Of a stretch of DNA of 64,000 nt, positions 9,994-20,788 are shown in pieces. The first letter of the stretch is position 1. Each line of letters opens with the position of its first letter. Source of the DNA: an uncultured virus (IMG/VR IMGVR_UViG_3300037467_000874) (taxonomy: Duplodnaviria; Heunggongvirae; Uroviricota; Caudoviricetes); IMG/VR virus record IMGVR_UViG_3300037467_000874. The stretch is one strand, 5' to 3'. The position numbers and the translations under genes are program-made. The notes below the pieces were generated by a model. It saw nothing but the letters and a program-made list of their open reading frames with translations. It had not been told where the DNA came from and ran no database searches.

Positions 9994-10319
9994 AGAAGAT
10001 TACTGAGAACAGTAAGATATTTATAAATTATTCATCGTCCTTGGTAGATAGACTTTACAAAATATTGCCGCTCTATGAAGAAAAAAATGATGGACTATTT
10101 AGATATATTCAGTCGCTAATTTATGAATTTGATGGTTTGATTTGGGTAATCGAATCTTTAAATGACAATCCTGACATTCTTATTCTAATAGCAACATTAG
10201 AATCAATTTCTAATGATTCTATCATGTTTGACTCTGACAAAGATTTTATTAAGAAAGAAGTATTTAAGTGTATCGACATTGCAAAAAAGTTAAAGCCCAC
10301 TGTTGAAAGTGGTGAATAA
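9990..10319 (+). CDS. Hypothetical protein
   Basis: ATGA overlap with the upstream gene. Confidence 0.65.
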   Translation: MKKITENSKIFINYSSSLVDRLYKILPLYEEKNDGLFRYIQSLIYEFDGLIWVIESLNDNPDILILIATLESISNDSIMFDSDKDFIKKEVFKCIDIAKKLKPTVESGE

Positions 10320-10320
10320 T

Positions 10321-11019
10321 ATGACATATTTTGATGACTACAAAAAGAGAGTTCAGGCTGGTGGACAGAATATCGAGGACAGTGTTACAAAATCTAGCAT
10401 CTCACTAGTTAACAGCACATTTGCAGACAGTCCTTCTTATGGAACTGTAACACTAAATGGTGTTAATAAAGAAGCAAGAATAAATATCAGCGATGATTCG
10501 AAAGAGTTGAGCTTGCTTTATAGGCCACTAACTCTATCAAATGTTGGAGACTTTATAATCTTCAATGGTGTTAACTGGTTGGTTTTCTCAGTTAAAAATC
10601 ATGAAGTTTATCCAAAAGCTGTTGCACAGCGTTGTAATGAATCGCTGAAATGGAAAGACTCTACAGGAACCATAAAAGAGTATAAAGCAGTTATTGCCAG
10701 TGGAGGCACTAGTTTTGGTATTGATGATGCTGACAGAATTGAAATGAATACTCTTGAGGGTGAACTTAGAGCTTATGTTCAATATAATTCATTCACAAAG
10801 ACAATAGTTGCAACACAAAGATTTATAATTGGAAGCCAAGTCTATCAGATTAAAGGTATGGACGATGTGACTGATGTTATAAATGGTTCTGGACTAATTA
10901 GATTTTCTCTTAGACTCACAACAAAAAGTCCTTTAGATGATTTTGTTAACAAGGTTGCTGATAACTCACAAGTTATCAAACCAAATACAGGGGGAAGTGG
11001 AGGTAGTCAGCCATGGTAA
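10321..11019 (+). CDS. Head-closure-like protein (start moved to ATG 10321)
   Basis: Tandem beta-barrel-like segments; head-tail module position. Confidence 0.55.
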   Translation: MTYFDDYKKRVQAGGQNIEDSVTKSSISLVNSTFADSPSYGTVTLNGVNKEARINISDDSKELSLLYRPLTLSNVGDFIIFNGVNWLVFSVKNHEVYPKAVAQRCNESLKWKDSTGTIKEYKAVIASGGTSFGIDDADRIEMNTLEGELRAYVQYNSFTKTIVATQRFIIGSQVYQIKGMDDVTDVINGSGLIRFSLRLTTKSPLDDFVNKVADNSQVIKPNTGGSGGSQPW

Positions 11020-11513
11020 ACATTGAATTAATAGCAGATAACTTGCCTTTAATCCTGCAAGAAATTGTTAAGGTTAAAGAGATTGTAAAATATTTGACTT
11101 ATGATTTAAAAAATCCTTTGTCTCAGCCTGACGTTGCAATTCCTGCAACCAATCTTATTATGACAAAAGTTTTTCCATATCCATTCCTTCCAAACTCTAC
11201 CCTTTCTGATTGCTCAGAGATTAGAGTTTACTATCCCGATGGAATTTTTGATGGTAGTCAAGAGATTGCTCAAACATCTCTGTTCTTTGATATTATAGTT
11301 GCAAAAGGATTGTGGCTTGTCAACGATGGAAAATCTTCCATAAGACCTTATATGATCATGCATCATCTCGTCAAACATTTTGGCGGGCAGAGTATTGGTA
11401 CCCTTGGCAAACTTCATTTTGAAAATTTCATTCATATGAATGTGGATGAGAGGTTTGATGCTATCAGATTGCAGGCAAGTATGGCTGTGTTTGGTGGGAT
11501 GAAAAATGTTTGA
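11013..11513 (+). CDS. Tail terminator/completion-like protein
   Basis: RBS GGAGGT; size and position before the tail tube gene. Confidence 0.5.
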   Translation: MVNIELIADNLPLILQEIVKVKEIVKYLTYDLKNPLSQPDVAIPATNLIMTKVFPYPFLPNSTLSDCSEIRVYYPDGIFDGSQEIAQTSLFFDIIVAKGLWLVNDGKSSIRPYMIMHHLVKHFGGQSIGTLGKLHFENFIHMNVDERFDAIRLQASMAVFGGMKNV

Positions 11514-12270
11514 TATCCAGAATATAGACAGCATTGACTTAAGACTTAGACTACTTTGTGGTGATTTCCTTAGTACAGGTTATTTAAATATTTATCCTTT
11601 AACAACTAGAGAAGTTAAGGATGAAGGTTATGTTAATTACAATAGGCACCTTGGAGTTCTCTTACTTACAAAGGAAGATTTGATTAAAGAAGACTTGCCT
11701 GAAATAAGAGAACTTACAGTTTTCGATATAATGCTATTCTCTGGTAATGAATTACTTGTAGATGCTTTAATTAGCTCCTTGTGTTTCTTTTTAAGAGAAA
11801 ACAAGGAAGACGTATCGTTCTTCGATGGTAGTTTAATTTTTGGCACTCAAGATTTGGATAAAGCTAGAAAAGTCAATTCAGGTAATTTTGATTCAATAGT
11901 TGAAATTGTAAAACATCAAAATTGTGTTGTTACTAGTTCAAAATCAAAATCTGAAGAGGAAGAAGCTTTATCTAAAATGAGTGATAAAGCAAGACAAATA
12001 GCAGAAAAAATGAAAAAGTCTAAGAAGGAAGTTGCAAAAGCAAAGGCTAAGAATTCAGAAGATATAGACTTTGCTGACATACTCAGTGCTGTTAGTACAA
12101 AAAGCAATACATACAACAAGCATACGATTTGGGATGCAACGATTTATCAGGTTTATGATGAATACAAAAGACTTGAAATGATTTCTGGTTATGAGACAAA
12201 TATCTTAGCTATGATTCAAGGAGCAAAGATTGATAATCTTAAGCATTGGTCATCTAAGATGGAAGAATAA
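11506..12270 (+). CDS. Hypothetical tail-assembly protein
   Basis: Overlapping start; C-terminal IWDATIYQ motif reminiscent of tail chaperone domains. Confidence 0.5.
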   Translation: MFDIQNIDSIDLRLRLLCGDFLSTGYLNIYPLTTREVKDEGYVNYNRHLGVLLLTKEDLIKEDLPEIRELTVFDIMLFSGNELLVDALISSLCFFLRENKEDVSFFDGSLIFGTQDLDKARKVNSGNFDSIVEIVKHQNCVVTSSKSKSEEEEALSKMSDKARQIAEKMKKSKKEVAKAKAKNSEDIDFADILSAVSTKSNTYNKHTIWDATIYQVYDEYKRLEMISGYETNILAMIQGAKIDNLKHWSSKMEE

Positions 12271-12321
12271 ATTAATAGGTTTTCCTATTGATATAATTAA
12301 ATTTTTAAGGGGGATTTTTAA

Positions 12322-13068
12322 ATGGCACTGAATAAATATGGTGTAAAAGAAGTTGCAGATGTTACAGTATATGATCTTTCCACTGGCAAACCTATTCTTT
12401 TCCTTGATACTCTAAAGGTATCTACAATTGAAAATACGGCTGAAAACTCTGCGGCACGTGGCGGTAAGGGTAATCCTAAACTTCTGGAATGGGACTTCAA
12501 CCGTGAAGCTAATGTAACGATGCAAGATGCTCTTATGAGTCCTAAATCTATCGCTCTGATGACAGGCAACGAAATGGTTACTGGCGCTCAAACAGCTTAC
12601 AAGCGTGAAAAACTGGTTGCTATTGTTTCTACTACTGCTGGTCAAACAAAGGTAACAACTTCTGAAACATTCCTTACAGGAACTGTGTATACATACAAGG
12701 ACGATGAAATTACTGAAATTACTCCAGTAAGCAAAACTGGTAGCGTAATTGAGTTTACGAATACCAATATTCCTGTAGGAGCTACAGTTGTTGTTTATTA
12801 CCAGTTCACGACTGATGCTACTGCTCAGAAAATCACGATTTCCGCTGACAAGTTCCCAAGTTACGTTAAGGTTGTTGGTGACACGCTGATTCGTAACTCT
12901 GAGACTGGTGTTGACGAGCCGTTCCAATTCGTTATTAACAAGGCAAAAGTTCAGCCTAACTTCACACTGACGTTCCAAGCTGACGGTGATCCTACTGTGT
13001 TTGACATGAATCTTACGGTATTCCGTACAGACGATTCGCCAGAAATGATTTCTCTTATCAAGTATTAA
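12322..13068 (+). CDS. Major tail tube protein
   Basis: YGVKEVADV, ARGGKGNPKL, ADGDPTVFD motifs; high-expression codon bias. Confidence 0.8.
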   Translation: MALNKYGVKEVADVTVYDLSTGKPILFLDTLKVSTIENTAENSAARGGKGNPKLLEWDFNREANVTMQDALMSPKSIALMTGNEMVTGAQTAYKREKLVAIVSTTAGQTKVTTSETFLTGTVYTYKDDEITEITPVSKTGSVIEFTNTNIPVGATVVVYYQFTTDATAQKITISADKFPSYVKVVGDTLIRNSETGVDEPFQFVINKAKVQPNFTLTFQADGDPTVFDMNLTVFRTDDSPEMISLIKY

Positions 13069-13075
13069 TTTATAC

Positions 13076-13143
13076 TTGACAAAAAATAGAATATGGTATA
13101 GAATAGGGATAGAGTAAATTGCTCTATCTCTATTTTTGTTTTA
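13076..13143 (+). promoter_or_regulatory. Sigma-A promoter overlapping an intrinsic terminator
   Basis: TTGACA-17-TAGAAT; hairpin AATAGGGATAGAG/CTCTATCTCTATT plus TTTGTTTT. Confidence 0.65.
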
Positions 13144-13196
13144 AGGGTATAAATGCAGTATAAAATTAATATATGTATAAAAGGGGATGAATAGTT

Positions 13197-13676
13197 ATGG
13201 CAAGAAAGAAAAATCTGTCGTATGCTAATGTAAAAAAGGAAGACAAGAATCTTAGTGAACAATTAACTGCTGAAGTTAAAAACTACACATTTAAAGTTGA
13301 TAAGTTTTTTAAAGAATCTAAGATTATGGACCTGATTGCAGAAATGCTCGTTAAAATGCAGGATGCAGAGAAACAAGGAATTGATTTGAAGTCAATCTTT
13401 ATACCTTATGGTGTTATGTTGCTTATTAAGCATTTTACGAACATTGATGTTCCAGAGAATGTAAATGAGCAAGTGGCTTTTTTGCGTATGCTTATTGATC
13501 AAGATTTGCTCGGAGGAATCGTATCTTGTTTTCCGCAGGAACAAATTGAAAGCGTTTTCAATAAAATGACCGAAACACTAAAAGAAAGAGATGCTATGGC
13601 TGACGAATTGGCACAAAGATTAGATGAAATTCAAAAAGAGATTCAAGACAGGCAGGAAGCTTTGGGAATCGAATAA
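13197..13676 (+). CDS. Tail assembly chaperone-like protein
   Basis: Helical 159 aa after the tail tube gene; RBS AAGGGG. Confidence 0.5.
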   Translation: MARKKNLSYANVKKEDKNLSEQLTAEVKNYTFKVDKFFKESKIMDLIAEMLVKMQDAEKQGIDLKSIFIPYGVMLLIKHFTNIDVPENVNEQVAFLRMLIDQDLLGGIVSCFPQEQIESVFNKMTETLKERDAMADELAQRLDEIQKEIQDRQEALGIE

Positions 13677-13698
13677 ACTCCAAGGGGAGTTGGTAGTA

Positions 13699-14205
13699 AT
13701 GGCTTTTAAGAAGACAATTAAAAATGACAAAGATTTGGAGACAGTGTTGAATCAGTATATTTTATCGGCAATGAAGAGCATAGCAAAAGATGCTGAACAA
13801 ACTGTTAAGGATTATATTGAGTCTGATGTTTACGACGCTGGAACGCCATCTACATATAAAAGAACTGGCGAATTAAGAAAGAGTGTCAAAAGTGATGTTT
13901 ATCAAGTTGGAGGCTTTACTAATGCTGAAATTTATCATGACCCAATGATGATGAAGCCAGTCGCACCATATAAGGGAAATAATTATATGGGCCAGCATCA
14001 TAGTACAGTCAAGGGATACTTTCCACAAGAATATTCTTATTATCTTCCAAGAGTTATTAATGATGGTAGAAGCGGAAAGATATTTGGAGACGGTTATTGG
14101 ACAAAACCTAGACCGTATTTTACTAATGCAGAAAGTTTTATTTTTAGAACTTTCAAAAGAGACTTGAAATTAAAATTGCAATCAAGAGGATTAAAAGTTA
14201 AATAA
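13699..14205 (+). CDS. HK97 gp10-like tail/neck protein (start moved to ATG 13699)
   Basis: YKRTGELRKS and KPRPYF motifs; own RBS AAGGGGAG. Confidence 0.6.
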   Translation: MAFKKTIKNDKDLETVLNQYILSAMKSIAKDAEQTVKDYIESDVYDAGTPSTYKRTGELRKSVKSDVYQVGGFTNAEIYHDPMMMKPVAPYKGNNYMGQHHSTVKGYFPQEYSYYLPRVINDGRSGKIFGDGYWTKPRPYFTNAESFIFRTFKRDLKLKLQSRGLKVK

Positions 14206-14245
14206 GTATCTTATAAAATAAAAATGAAAAAAAGGGGATTTTTAT

Positions 14246-14662
14246 ATGAAAATGTATAATTATGAAATTGAAAATTTTGTTATTTTTTTGACCAACGAAG
14301 AGGTTAATGCGAAGCATTCTCGTATGAGAAGTAGATTTTTAAAACTGGTAAGCGCACACCTTAATCAAATTGAAGAAGAAAGACAAGAGCTTATCAAACA
14401 ATTTTCATACAAAGATGAAAATGGTGAACCGCAAACAGAGGCTAAAGAAGATGGTTCAACTGTTTTCAAACTTAAGGATATAGAAGGATTCCAAAAAGAA
14501 TACACTGAGTTAATGCTTGAAGAATTTATTATTGAACCAACAGGTGACAAAGAAAATATGCTTAAAGCGATTCAGGATATTATTTTAAATACAAACAAAA
14601 CATTCAAAGGGCAGGAAGCGGCAGACTATGATCGTTTCTGCGATATAGTAGAACTAGACTAA
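14246..14662 (+). CDS. Hypothetical acidic helical protein (DUF1617-like)
   Basis: ERQELIKQFSYKDENGEP pattern; RBS AAGGGGA. Confidence 0.5.
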   Translation: MKMYNYEIENFVIFLTNEEVNAKHSRMRSRFLKLVSAHLNQIEEERQELIKQFSYKDENGEPQTEAKEDGSTVFKLKDIEGFQKEYTELMLEEFIIEPTGDKENMLKAIQDIILNTNKTFKGQEAADYDRFCDIVELD

Positions 14663-14663
14663 T

Positions 14664-14690
14664 AAGAGGGTGAAAACCCTCTTTCTTTAT
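14664..14690 (+). terminator. Intrinsic terminator
   Basis: AAGAGGGT-GAAA-ACCCTCTT then TCTTTAT. Confidence 0.8.
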
Positions 14691-14710
14691 ATTTAAGGAA
14701 TTAAGGAGGT

Positions 14711-17700
14711 ATGTTTATGTCGGATATGAAAATCTTACTTACAGCGGATTTGAATGTTCCAGAATCTGTTGCGGCTATTAATAGTGCAATTGAACAAATA
14801 CAAAAGAAAATTATCAAACTTCATCTTGAAGTAGACACTAGCGGACTTAAAGATGCACAAGTTATTATGGATAAGTTTTCTAAGAAACTTGATCAGCAAC
14901 AAGAGAAAATTAAAACTATGGGGAAGAAGTCTGCTCAATCAGCGTATGGTGATGAAGGCTTAAAGTCACTGCAAAAAAGAGTAGACGAAATTAATAAATC
15001 TCTTGGTTCAGGCAATAAAGCTATTGTGCAAACAGAAGTAGATCAAAATAATAGAATTAAATCCGCAACTATTACATATAAAAATGCCGCTGGTGAAATG
15101 ATCAAAGAACGCATGAAATGGCAGACTTTTATTAATCGTGTTATGGTAGAGAATCCAGATACTGGACAAAAGGAAATGCAACGTCAAAAATGGAGCATTT
15201 TCAAAACTGATGGTAAAACTGTCACTGATAATATTGAACAAGCTAAAAAGTCTTTGCAGGATTTTATTGATACAACTAAAAAAGGAATAGATAATGTTGA
15301 TCTTAAAAAGGTTGGATTTTTTGATCAAAATAAACTTAATCAAGCAAAAACAATGTATCAACAAGTTCAAAATGAACTTGAGAATATTCAAAAAACAAAT
15401 GGTAGATTGAGTGATGACGAACAAAGACAATTCAAAGAAAGAATTGATGGAATACAGAGAACTATTGCTGAATTTAAAAAGCTTGAAGACGAACAAAACA
15501 GATTGAATAGACTTGGACTAAAAGGTAATTCTCAAAAAGTTACAGGGTTTAATTTCAGTGGAAATCAAGAGTCTATCAGAAATCAGGTAATGTCTCAGTT
15601 GTCAGGGTCTCAATTAATTGGTAAGAGATCAGTAAAAGCTGATTCATTAGCTATTACTTCCAATGTTATTGATCCTAAAACTCAACAACAATTAATTAAA
15701 TTTACAGCAGATGTTGAAACTGGTAAAAATACATTCTCAAGATACAAAGGTTCAATTGACGAAGCTACTGGAGAGTTAAGAATCCTTGGTGAAACGCTTA
15801 AAAGTACTGCAAACAGAAATCTAGATTTTAGACAGAAGTTTGCTAAAGCTATGGAATCTATTCCTATCTGGATGGCTGGTATGACAGCATTCTATCAAAC
15901 CTTACATTTCTTTACTGATGGAGTTGCATATGTAAACGAATTCAACAAATCACTTACTCAGTTGTCTATCGTTTATGGAGAATCGCAAACTCAACTTGGT
16001 GGATTGTCAAAACAGCTTAGAGACATGGCCATGGATATGGGTATCGCTACTGATGAAGTAGCAAAAGGTGCTGTAGAATTTGCTCGTCAAGGCTTGACTC
16101 AGGCTGAGATGGTTGACAAGATGCAAACTGCAATTAAGTACGCTAAGATTTCTAATCTTGATTTTAACGAATCAGCAGAAATTCTTACTGCAACTGTAAA
16201 CTCAATGGGCGTTACTGCTGAACATGCCGCAGACGTATTTTCATATATGGGAGATGCCACTGCCACTGGATCAGACGAGCTTGGAAGGGCCATGCAACGC
16301 GTAGGCGGTACAGCAGGAGCCTTGGGAATCAGTCTTGAGAAGGTATCAAGCTGGATTGCTATCGTGTCTTCAAAGACGCGTGAGAGCGCTGAGACGATTG
16401 GTAACTCTATCAAGACGATACTTGCACGTGTACAAAACCTTAAAGAAGGCGGATTTGACGAAACTGATGGAACCAAGATCAATGATGTTGCAAAAGCTTT
16501 ATCAACTGTAGGCATCAGCCTTGTAAATGCTGATAATACATTTAGAAATTTTGGAGACGTAATGGATGAACTTGGAGCAAAGTGGAACACACTTGATTCA
16601 AGAACTCAGGCATATATTGCGACAACTGTCGCGGGAACATACCAACAATCACGTTTCCTTAACTTGATGCAAGGTTATCCACAAACTATTGACCTTTATT
16701 CTGAATCTCTTAATAAAGCTGGAACTGCCCAAAGAAAATTTGATCTATATCAACAAGGAACTGAAGCGAAACTTCAAAAATTAAAAAATGCTTGGACAGG
16801 TATATTTCAAGATACATTTCAGGATCAGGGAATTCAAGATGCAATAGTGGATCTAACTAGTCTTGTTAGCGTTATTGGAAAAGCCGTAGATTTTACTGGC
16901 GGACTTCCTGTAGTGTTGGGGATTGCGACCACAGCAGTTTTGGTATTTTCAAAAGCTGTAAGAACAGTTTATATGGATATTGGCAAGTCATTCATAAGTT
17001 GGATGAAACTATCTGATACAAATCTCAGAAAATTGACTGTAAGCACTAGAACGACAGCTAATGCAATACTTGGCGCTGGTAAAAGTGCTAATGCGGCAAC
17101 TTGGGCAGTTAGAGGTTTAGCAATTGGACTAAGAGGATTACTTACTGCATTTTTACCAATGCTTGCACTGACAGCAGTTGTAACAATTTTTCAAAAAATT
17201 GGAGACGCAATGGCTAAAGCCAAAGAAAGAGCAGAAGAACTGAAAAAGAGGAATGAAACCATTGTTGAAAGCTGGACAACTCATAGAGAAACAGTTGAAA
17301 AATTAATTAAAACATATGGAGAACTTGAAGATAAAACTAATGGCGGTAAAACTTTTGCAGATGATGAACAGCAACAGAAGTATAACCAAACAGTTAGTGA
17401 TCTTGCAGAACTGCTTCCAAACCTTGTAGAAAGTATTAATGAAAAAGGTGAAGCTCATTTAAAATCTAAAAAAGCAATTGATGAAGAGCGTCAAAGTATG
17501 GATGCTCTTGTAGAAGCAGAAAGAAATTATAGAATTGAAACTTCCAAAAAAGAAATTGGAGATATGTTTCAGGATATTGCAGATGCAAGAAAGAAACTCG
17601 CTAAAAGTCAGCAGATTGCAAATGCAAAACCATACGATTTTAGTGGTGATCCAAGAAAATTCAATCCAACAGACCCTAATAGGTCTGATCCAGAAAGAAT

Positions 17701-20680
17701 TGCTCAGTACAAGGTTCAAGTAATTGTAGATCAATCTTCTCTTGCTGATTCAATCAACTCCGTAAAAGATAGATTCAAACAACTTGTAGATGATCTTGAC
17801 AAAAGCTCTGACACACAACTTGGAGATGCGTTGCTTAAAACTGTAAAAGGAATGGTAGACAAAATTGATTATTCAACTGAAGCCACAGCTAATGCTGGTA
17901 TGGCTAGAATATCAAGTCTAATTGAACAAATTCAAACATTTAAAAAAGAAATGGCTGACGATTCTTTTTCAAGAAATGGTGCAGTTATTCAGACGGCGCT
18001 TGCTGGAATCAAAACTCTTGCACATGATCTTGGAGTAGAAGATGTAGACTCTTTTGCAAATTCTTTGCTTGGACTTGGCGGAACCGCAACTGAAGCCTCT
18101 CATAACTTTAAAGACTTTAAAACAATAACAGATGAACTTATATCAAGTTACAAAGATAGCGCAGATTCTCTTAGTGATTTGAACGGACTTCTTCATGATT
18201 ACGCTAACAATAAGACTGTAAGCGCTCAAGCGGCGGCAGACTTGATTGCAAAAGATGCATCACTTGTTGATATGTTTAAAATCGAACATGGTCAAATTAA
18301 AATTAACGTAGAAGCCGTTAAAGATAAAAGAGATGCAGAACTTGACGCATTTGACAAAATAGCGAGAGCAAGAAAAGAAGATTTAATTAATTCAAACCAA
18401 ACCCTTGTAGCGATGCTTAATATGTATGGTATTCAAATTCACGCTATTCAAACAGTGGCAGATGCTGAAGCGGCTAAGAACAAAGTTTCTGAACAAACTG
18501 CCAAACAGTTGTCAACCTATTCTTCGCTTGGAGCAGACTATGTACAACAAGTCACAGGTGAAGCGGCTAATTTAGATGGATTCATTGATCAAATTGGCGA
18601 ACTTTCTCAGAGTGCAACAGTTCTTCAAAAATCTCTTGGCAGTGTTGGAGTTGATACTACTAAGCCTAAAAAGGATAAAAAAGATAAGACAAAAAAAGAT
18701 ATTGAAGCATTTGATAAACTTGCTGAACAATATAATAGAAATCTCGCTAATATCGATAAACAAATTCAGTCTTCAGAGGCCGCTCTAGCAGGATATGTTC
18801 CTACCTCTCAAAAATATAGAAATGCACTTACTAAAGAAATTGGTTTGTTGCACGATAGACAAGACTTGATGCATACTGAAGCTGATAGACTTAGAGGCTT
18901 AAGAGATGGGTATCAAAAACAGCTTAGTGCTATGGGAAGCTTCAATAAACTATCCGACGAAGGAAAAGACAAATACAACACATTGTCTCAAAAAATAGCA
19001 GAACTTAGTGACACAATCGATGGTCTTGGTTCAAGTTGGCTTGATACGCAAGGTGAGATCAATTCTAAAGGACTTGAATTGTCAAGCAGTTCGATTGAAC
19101 AGTACAATACAAGGCTAACAGAACTTCAAGGTTCTCTTGCTCTTATCCAAAATAAGATGTCAACATATCCTGAAGACTCCAGACAATATAGAGAAGCCTT
19201 GATTAGTCAAATTGACATCTATAAGAAGATGCAAAAGGCTGTCCATGACGAAGCTGAAGAAGTTAGAAAACAGCTAAAGAACACCAAACTCAAAGACAAG
19301 GATAGAAAAGACTTAGAAGATCAGCTTAAAGGATTGAGTAATCAATGGTGGGAATTGGCTGGAAGCATTGCTAGTGTAAATGATGCATTAAAAGATCAGG
19401 TTAAACAAGTAGCTGACGATGTTGTTCAAGCGCTGAAAGATGCTTACGAACAACAGAAGCAAATTGTTCTTGATGGAATTGATGCTCAAATTGACGCTAT
19501 TAATAAGCTTCATGATGCTCAAATGGAATCTCTTGACAAACAATCAGATGCTTACGAAAAACTTGTAAATCAAAAGAAAGCAAGTTTGCAAGCTGATCAA
19601 GATGCTAGAAAATATAACCAAGACTTAGAGAAAGCTCAAACAAACAGACAAGACTTGCAAAATGCTATTAACGTTGCAGAACTTGACAAAACAGCGGCAG
19701 GACAAAAGAAACTAGCAGAACTTAAAAAGCAACTCGCAGATGCTGATCTTGACATTCAAAATATGCAATATGACCACTCTATTGAACTTCAACAGCAATC
19801 ATTGGATGATCAACTGGACGCAGAAAAAGAGAGAATTCAAAATCTTAAAGATAATGCTGAATATGAGATTACAATTAAGGGAAAAACAGAAAAAAGAAAG
19901 TATGATATTGCAATTCAGGAACTTAACGATGAAAAAGAAGCCCAAACAAAGTATTATGATAATATTATTAATGATGATCGTAAATGGAATACAGTAAGAG
20001 AGCAAATAATGTCTGGACATTTTGAAAACGTCCAACTAATGTTTTCTGGATTTGAATCATTCATGAAAGATCATTCTGAGACTATTGCTGGTTATTTGCA
20101 AACAAATTTGATTGATAAGTTCGCTGACTTGAAGAAGGAAATGGAGGTTATCAATCCAACTGCTGTAAAAACTATGAATGATTTAGAACAAATGAAAAAG
20201 AACGCAGAGGCATGGAAAAATACAACAGACAAGGCTAAACAAAGTCAACTTGCGGCGGCAAATCAGGCAATTGGAAAAGCTAATGGTTGGTACTACGACG
20301 CTGGAAGTGGCGCTTGGTATACTGACAGTTCCAAGAAGACAAAACTATTCCATGAAGGTGGAGTTGTTGGCTCTGGAGGGGCGGTAAACAGAACAACATC
20401 TCTAGTAGATAAGCTTATGAATACGAAACCTAACGAACAAGTTGTTAAAGCTCTTGAAGGAGAACTGTTCTCTCCAGCAGATAACATTGTAAATAACTTT
20501 ATTCCTAATATGAAGAGTTTCGCAAAATCATTGCAAAGACCTGTCGTCACTAGTGGTAATGGAGATATTATTTATAACATTGACGTAAACATTGAAAAAG
20601 TTGTTGGAGATAAGAATGCTGGGAAAGCTGTCACATCAGAAATTGTAAATGGAGTTAAAAAACTTGGAGGCAAAATCTAA
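14711..20680 (+). CDS. Tail tape measure protein (start possibly 14717)
   Basis: 1989 aa; TP901-type core (FARQG, ESAETIGNSIK), hydrophobic segment, long coiled coils, FHEGGVV. Confidence 0.92.
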   Translation: MFMSDMKILLTADLNVPESVAAINSAIEQIQKKIIKLHLEVDTSGLKDAQVIMDKFSKKLDQQQEKIKTMGKKSAQSAYGDEGLKSLQKRVDEINKSLGSGNKAIVQTEVDQNNRIKSATITYKNAAGEMIKERMKWQTFINRVMVENPDTGQKEMQRQKWSIFKTDGKTVTDNIEQAKKSLQDFIDTTKKGIDNVDLKKVGFFDQNKLNQAKTMYQQVQNELENIQKTNGRLSDDEQRQFKERIDGIQRTIAEFKKLEDEQNRLNRLGLKGNSQKVTGFNFSGNQESIRNQVMSQLSGSQLIGKRSVKADSLAITSNVIDPKTQQQLIKFTADVETGKNTFSRYKGSIDEATGELRILGETLKSTANRNLDFRQKFAKAMESIPIWMAGMTAFYQTLHFFTDGVAYVNEFNKSLTQLSIVYGESQTQLGGLSKQLRDMAMDMGIATDEVAKGAVEFARQGLTQAEMVDKMQTAIKYAKISNLDFNESAEILTATVNSMGVTAEHAADVFSYMGDATATGSDELGRAMQRVGGTAGALGISLEKVSSWIAIVSSKTRESAETIGNSIKTILARVQNLKEGGFDETDGTKINDVAKALSTVGISLVNADNTFRNFGDVMDELGAKWNTLDSRTQAYIATTVAGTYQQSRFLNLMQGYPQTIDLYSESLNKAGTAQRKFDLYQQGTEAKLQKLKNAWTGIFQDTFQDQGIQDAIVDLTSLVSVIGKAVDFTGGLPVVLGIATTAVLVFSKAVRTVYMDIGKSFISWMKLSDTNLRKLTVSTRTTANAILGAGKSANAATWAVRGLAIGLRGLLTAFLPMLALTAVVTIFQKIGDAMAKAKERAEELKKRNETIVESWTTHRETVEKLIKTYGELEDKTNGGKTFADDEQQQKYNQTVSDLAELLPNLVESINEKGEAHLKSKKAIDEERQSMDALVEAERNYRIETSKKEIGDMFQDIADARKKLAKSQQIANAKPYDFSGDPRKFNPTDPNRSDPERIAQYKVQVIVDQSSLADSINSVKDRFKQLVDDLDKSSDTQLGDALLKTVKGMVDKIDYSTEATANAGMARISSLIEQIQTFKKEMADDSFSRNGAVIQTALAGIKTLAHDLGVEDVDSFANSLLGLGGTATEASHNFKDFKTITDELISSYKDSADSLSDLNGLLHDYANNKTVSAQAAADLIAKDASLVDMFKIEHGQIKINVEAVKDKRDAELDAFDKIARARKEDLINSNQTLVAMLNMYGIQIHAIQTVADAEAAKNKVSEQTAKQLSTYSSLGADYVQQVTGEAANLDGFIDQIGELSQSATVLQKSLGSVGVDTTKPKKDKKDKTKKDIEAFDKLAEQYNRNLANIDKQIQSSEAALAGYVPTSQKYRNALTKEIGLLHDRQDLMHTEADRLRGLRDGYQKQLSAMGSFNKLSDEGKDKYNTLSQKIAELSDTIDGLGSSWLDTQGEINSKGLELSSSSIEQYNTRLTELQGSLALIQNKMSTYPEDSRQYREALISQIDIYKKMQKAVHDEAEEVRKQLKNTKLKDKDRKDLEDQLKGLSNQWWELAGSIASVNDALKDQVKQVADDVVQALKDAYEQQKQIVLDGIDAQIDAINKLHDAQMESLDKQSDAYEKLVNQKKASLQADQDARKYNQDLEKAQTNRQDLQNAINVAELDKTAAGQKKLAELKKQLADADLDIQNMQYDHSIELQQQSLDDQLDAEKERIQNLKDNAEYEITIKGKTEKRKYDIAIQELNDEKEAQTKYYDNIINDDRKWNTVREQIMSGHFENVQLMFSGFESFMKDHSETIAGYLQTNLIDKFADLKKEMEVINPTAVKTMNDLEQMKKNAEAWKNTTDKAKQSQLAAANQAIGKANGWYYDAGSGAWYTDSSKKTKLFHEGGVVGSGGAVNRTTSLVDKLMNTKPNEQVVKALEGELFSPADNIVNNFIPNMKSFAKSLQRPVVTSGNGDIIYNIDVNIEKVVGDKNAGKAVTSEIVNGVKKLGGKI

Positions 20681-20681
20681 C

Positions 20682-20710
20682 TTGACAAATATAACATAAA
20701 ATGTTATAAT
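20682..20710 (+). promoter_or_regulatory. Sigma-A promoter with extended -10
   Basis: TTGACA-17-TATAAT with TG. Confidence 0.85.
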
Positions 20711-20728
20711 ATAAAGAAGATAAACTTT

Positions 20729-20768
20729 AAGGCAGTGTACTCCAACACTGCCTTTTCTGTATTTATTT
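20729..20768 (+). terminator. Intrinsic terminator downstream of the promoter
   Basis: AAGGCAGTGT-actcca-ACACTGCCTT then TTCTGTATTT. Confidence 0.75.
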
Positions 20769-20788
20769 ATAAAGGTAGGTGTTAAAAT

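Noticed and set aside
13197..14205. Programmed frameshift between the tail chaperone and the next ORF
   Set aside because: The downstream ORF is in the +1 frame, no canonical slippery heptamer was seen, and it has its own RBS and ATG at 13699.
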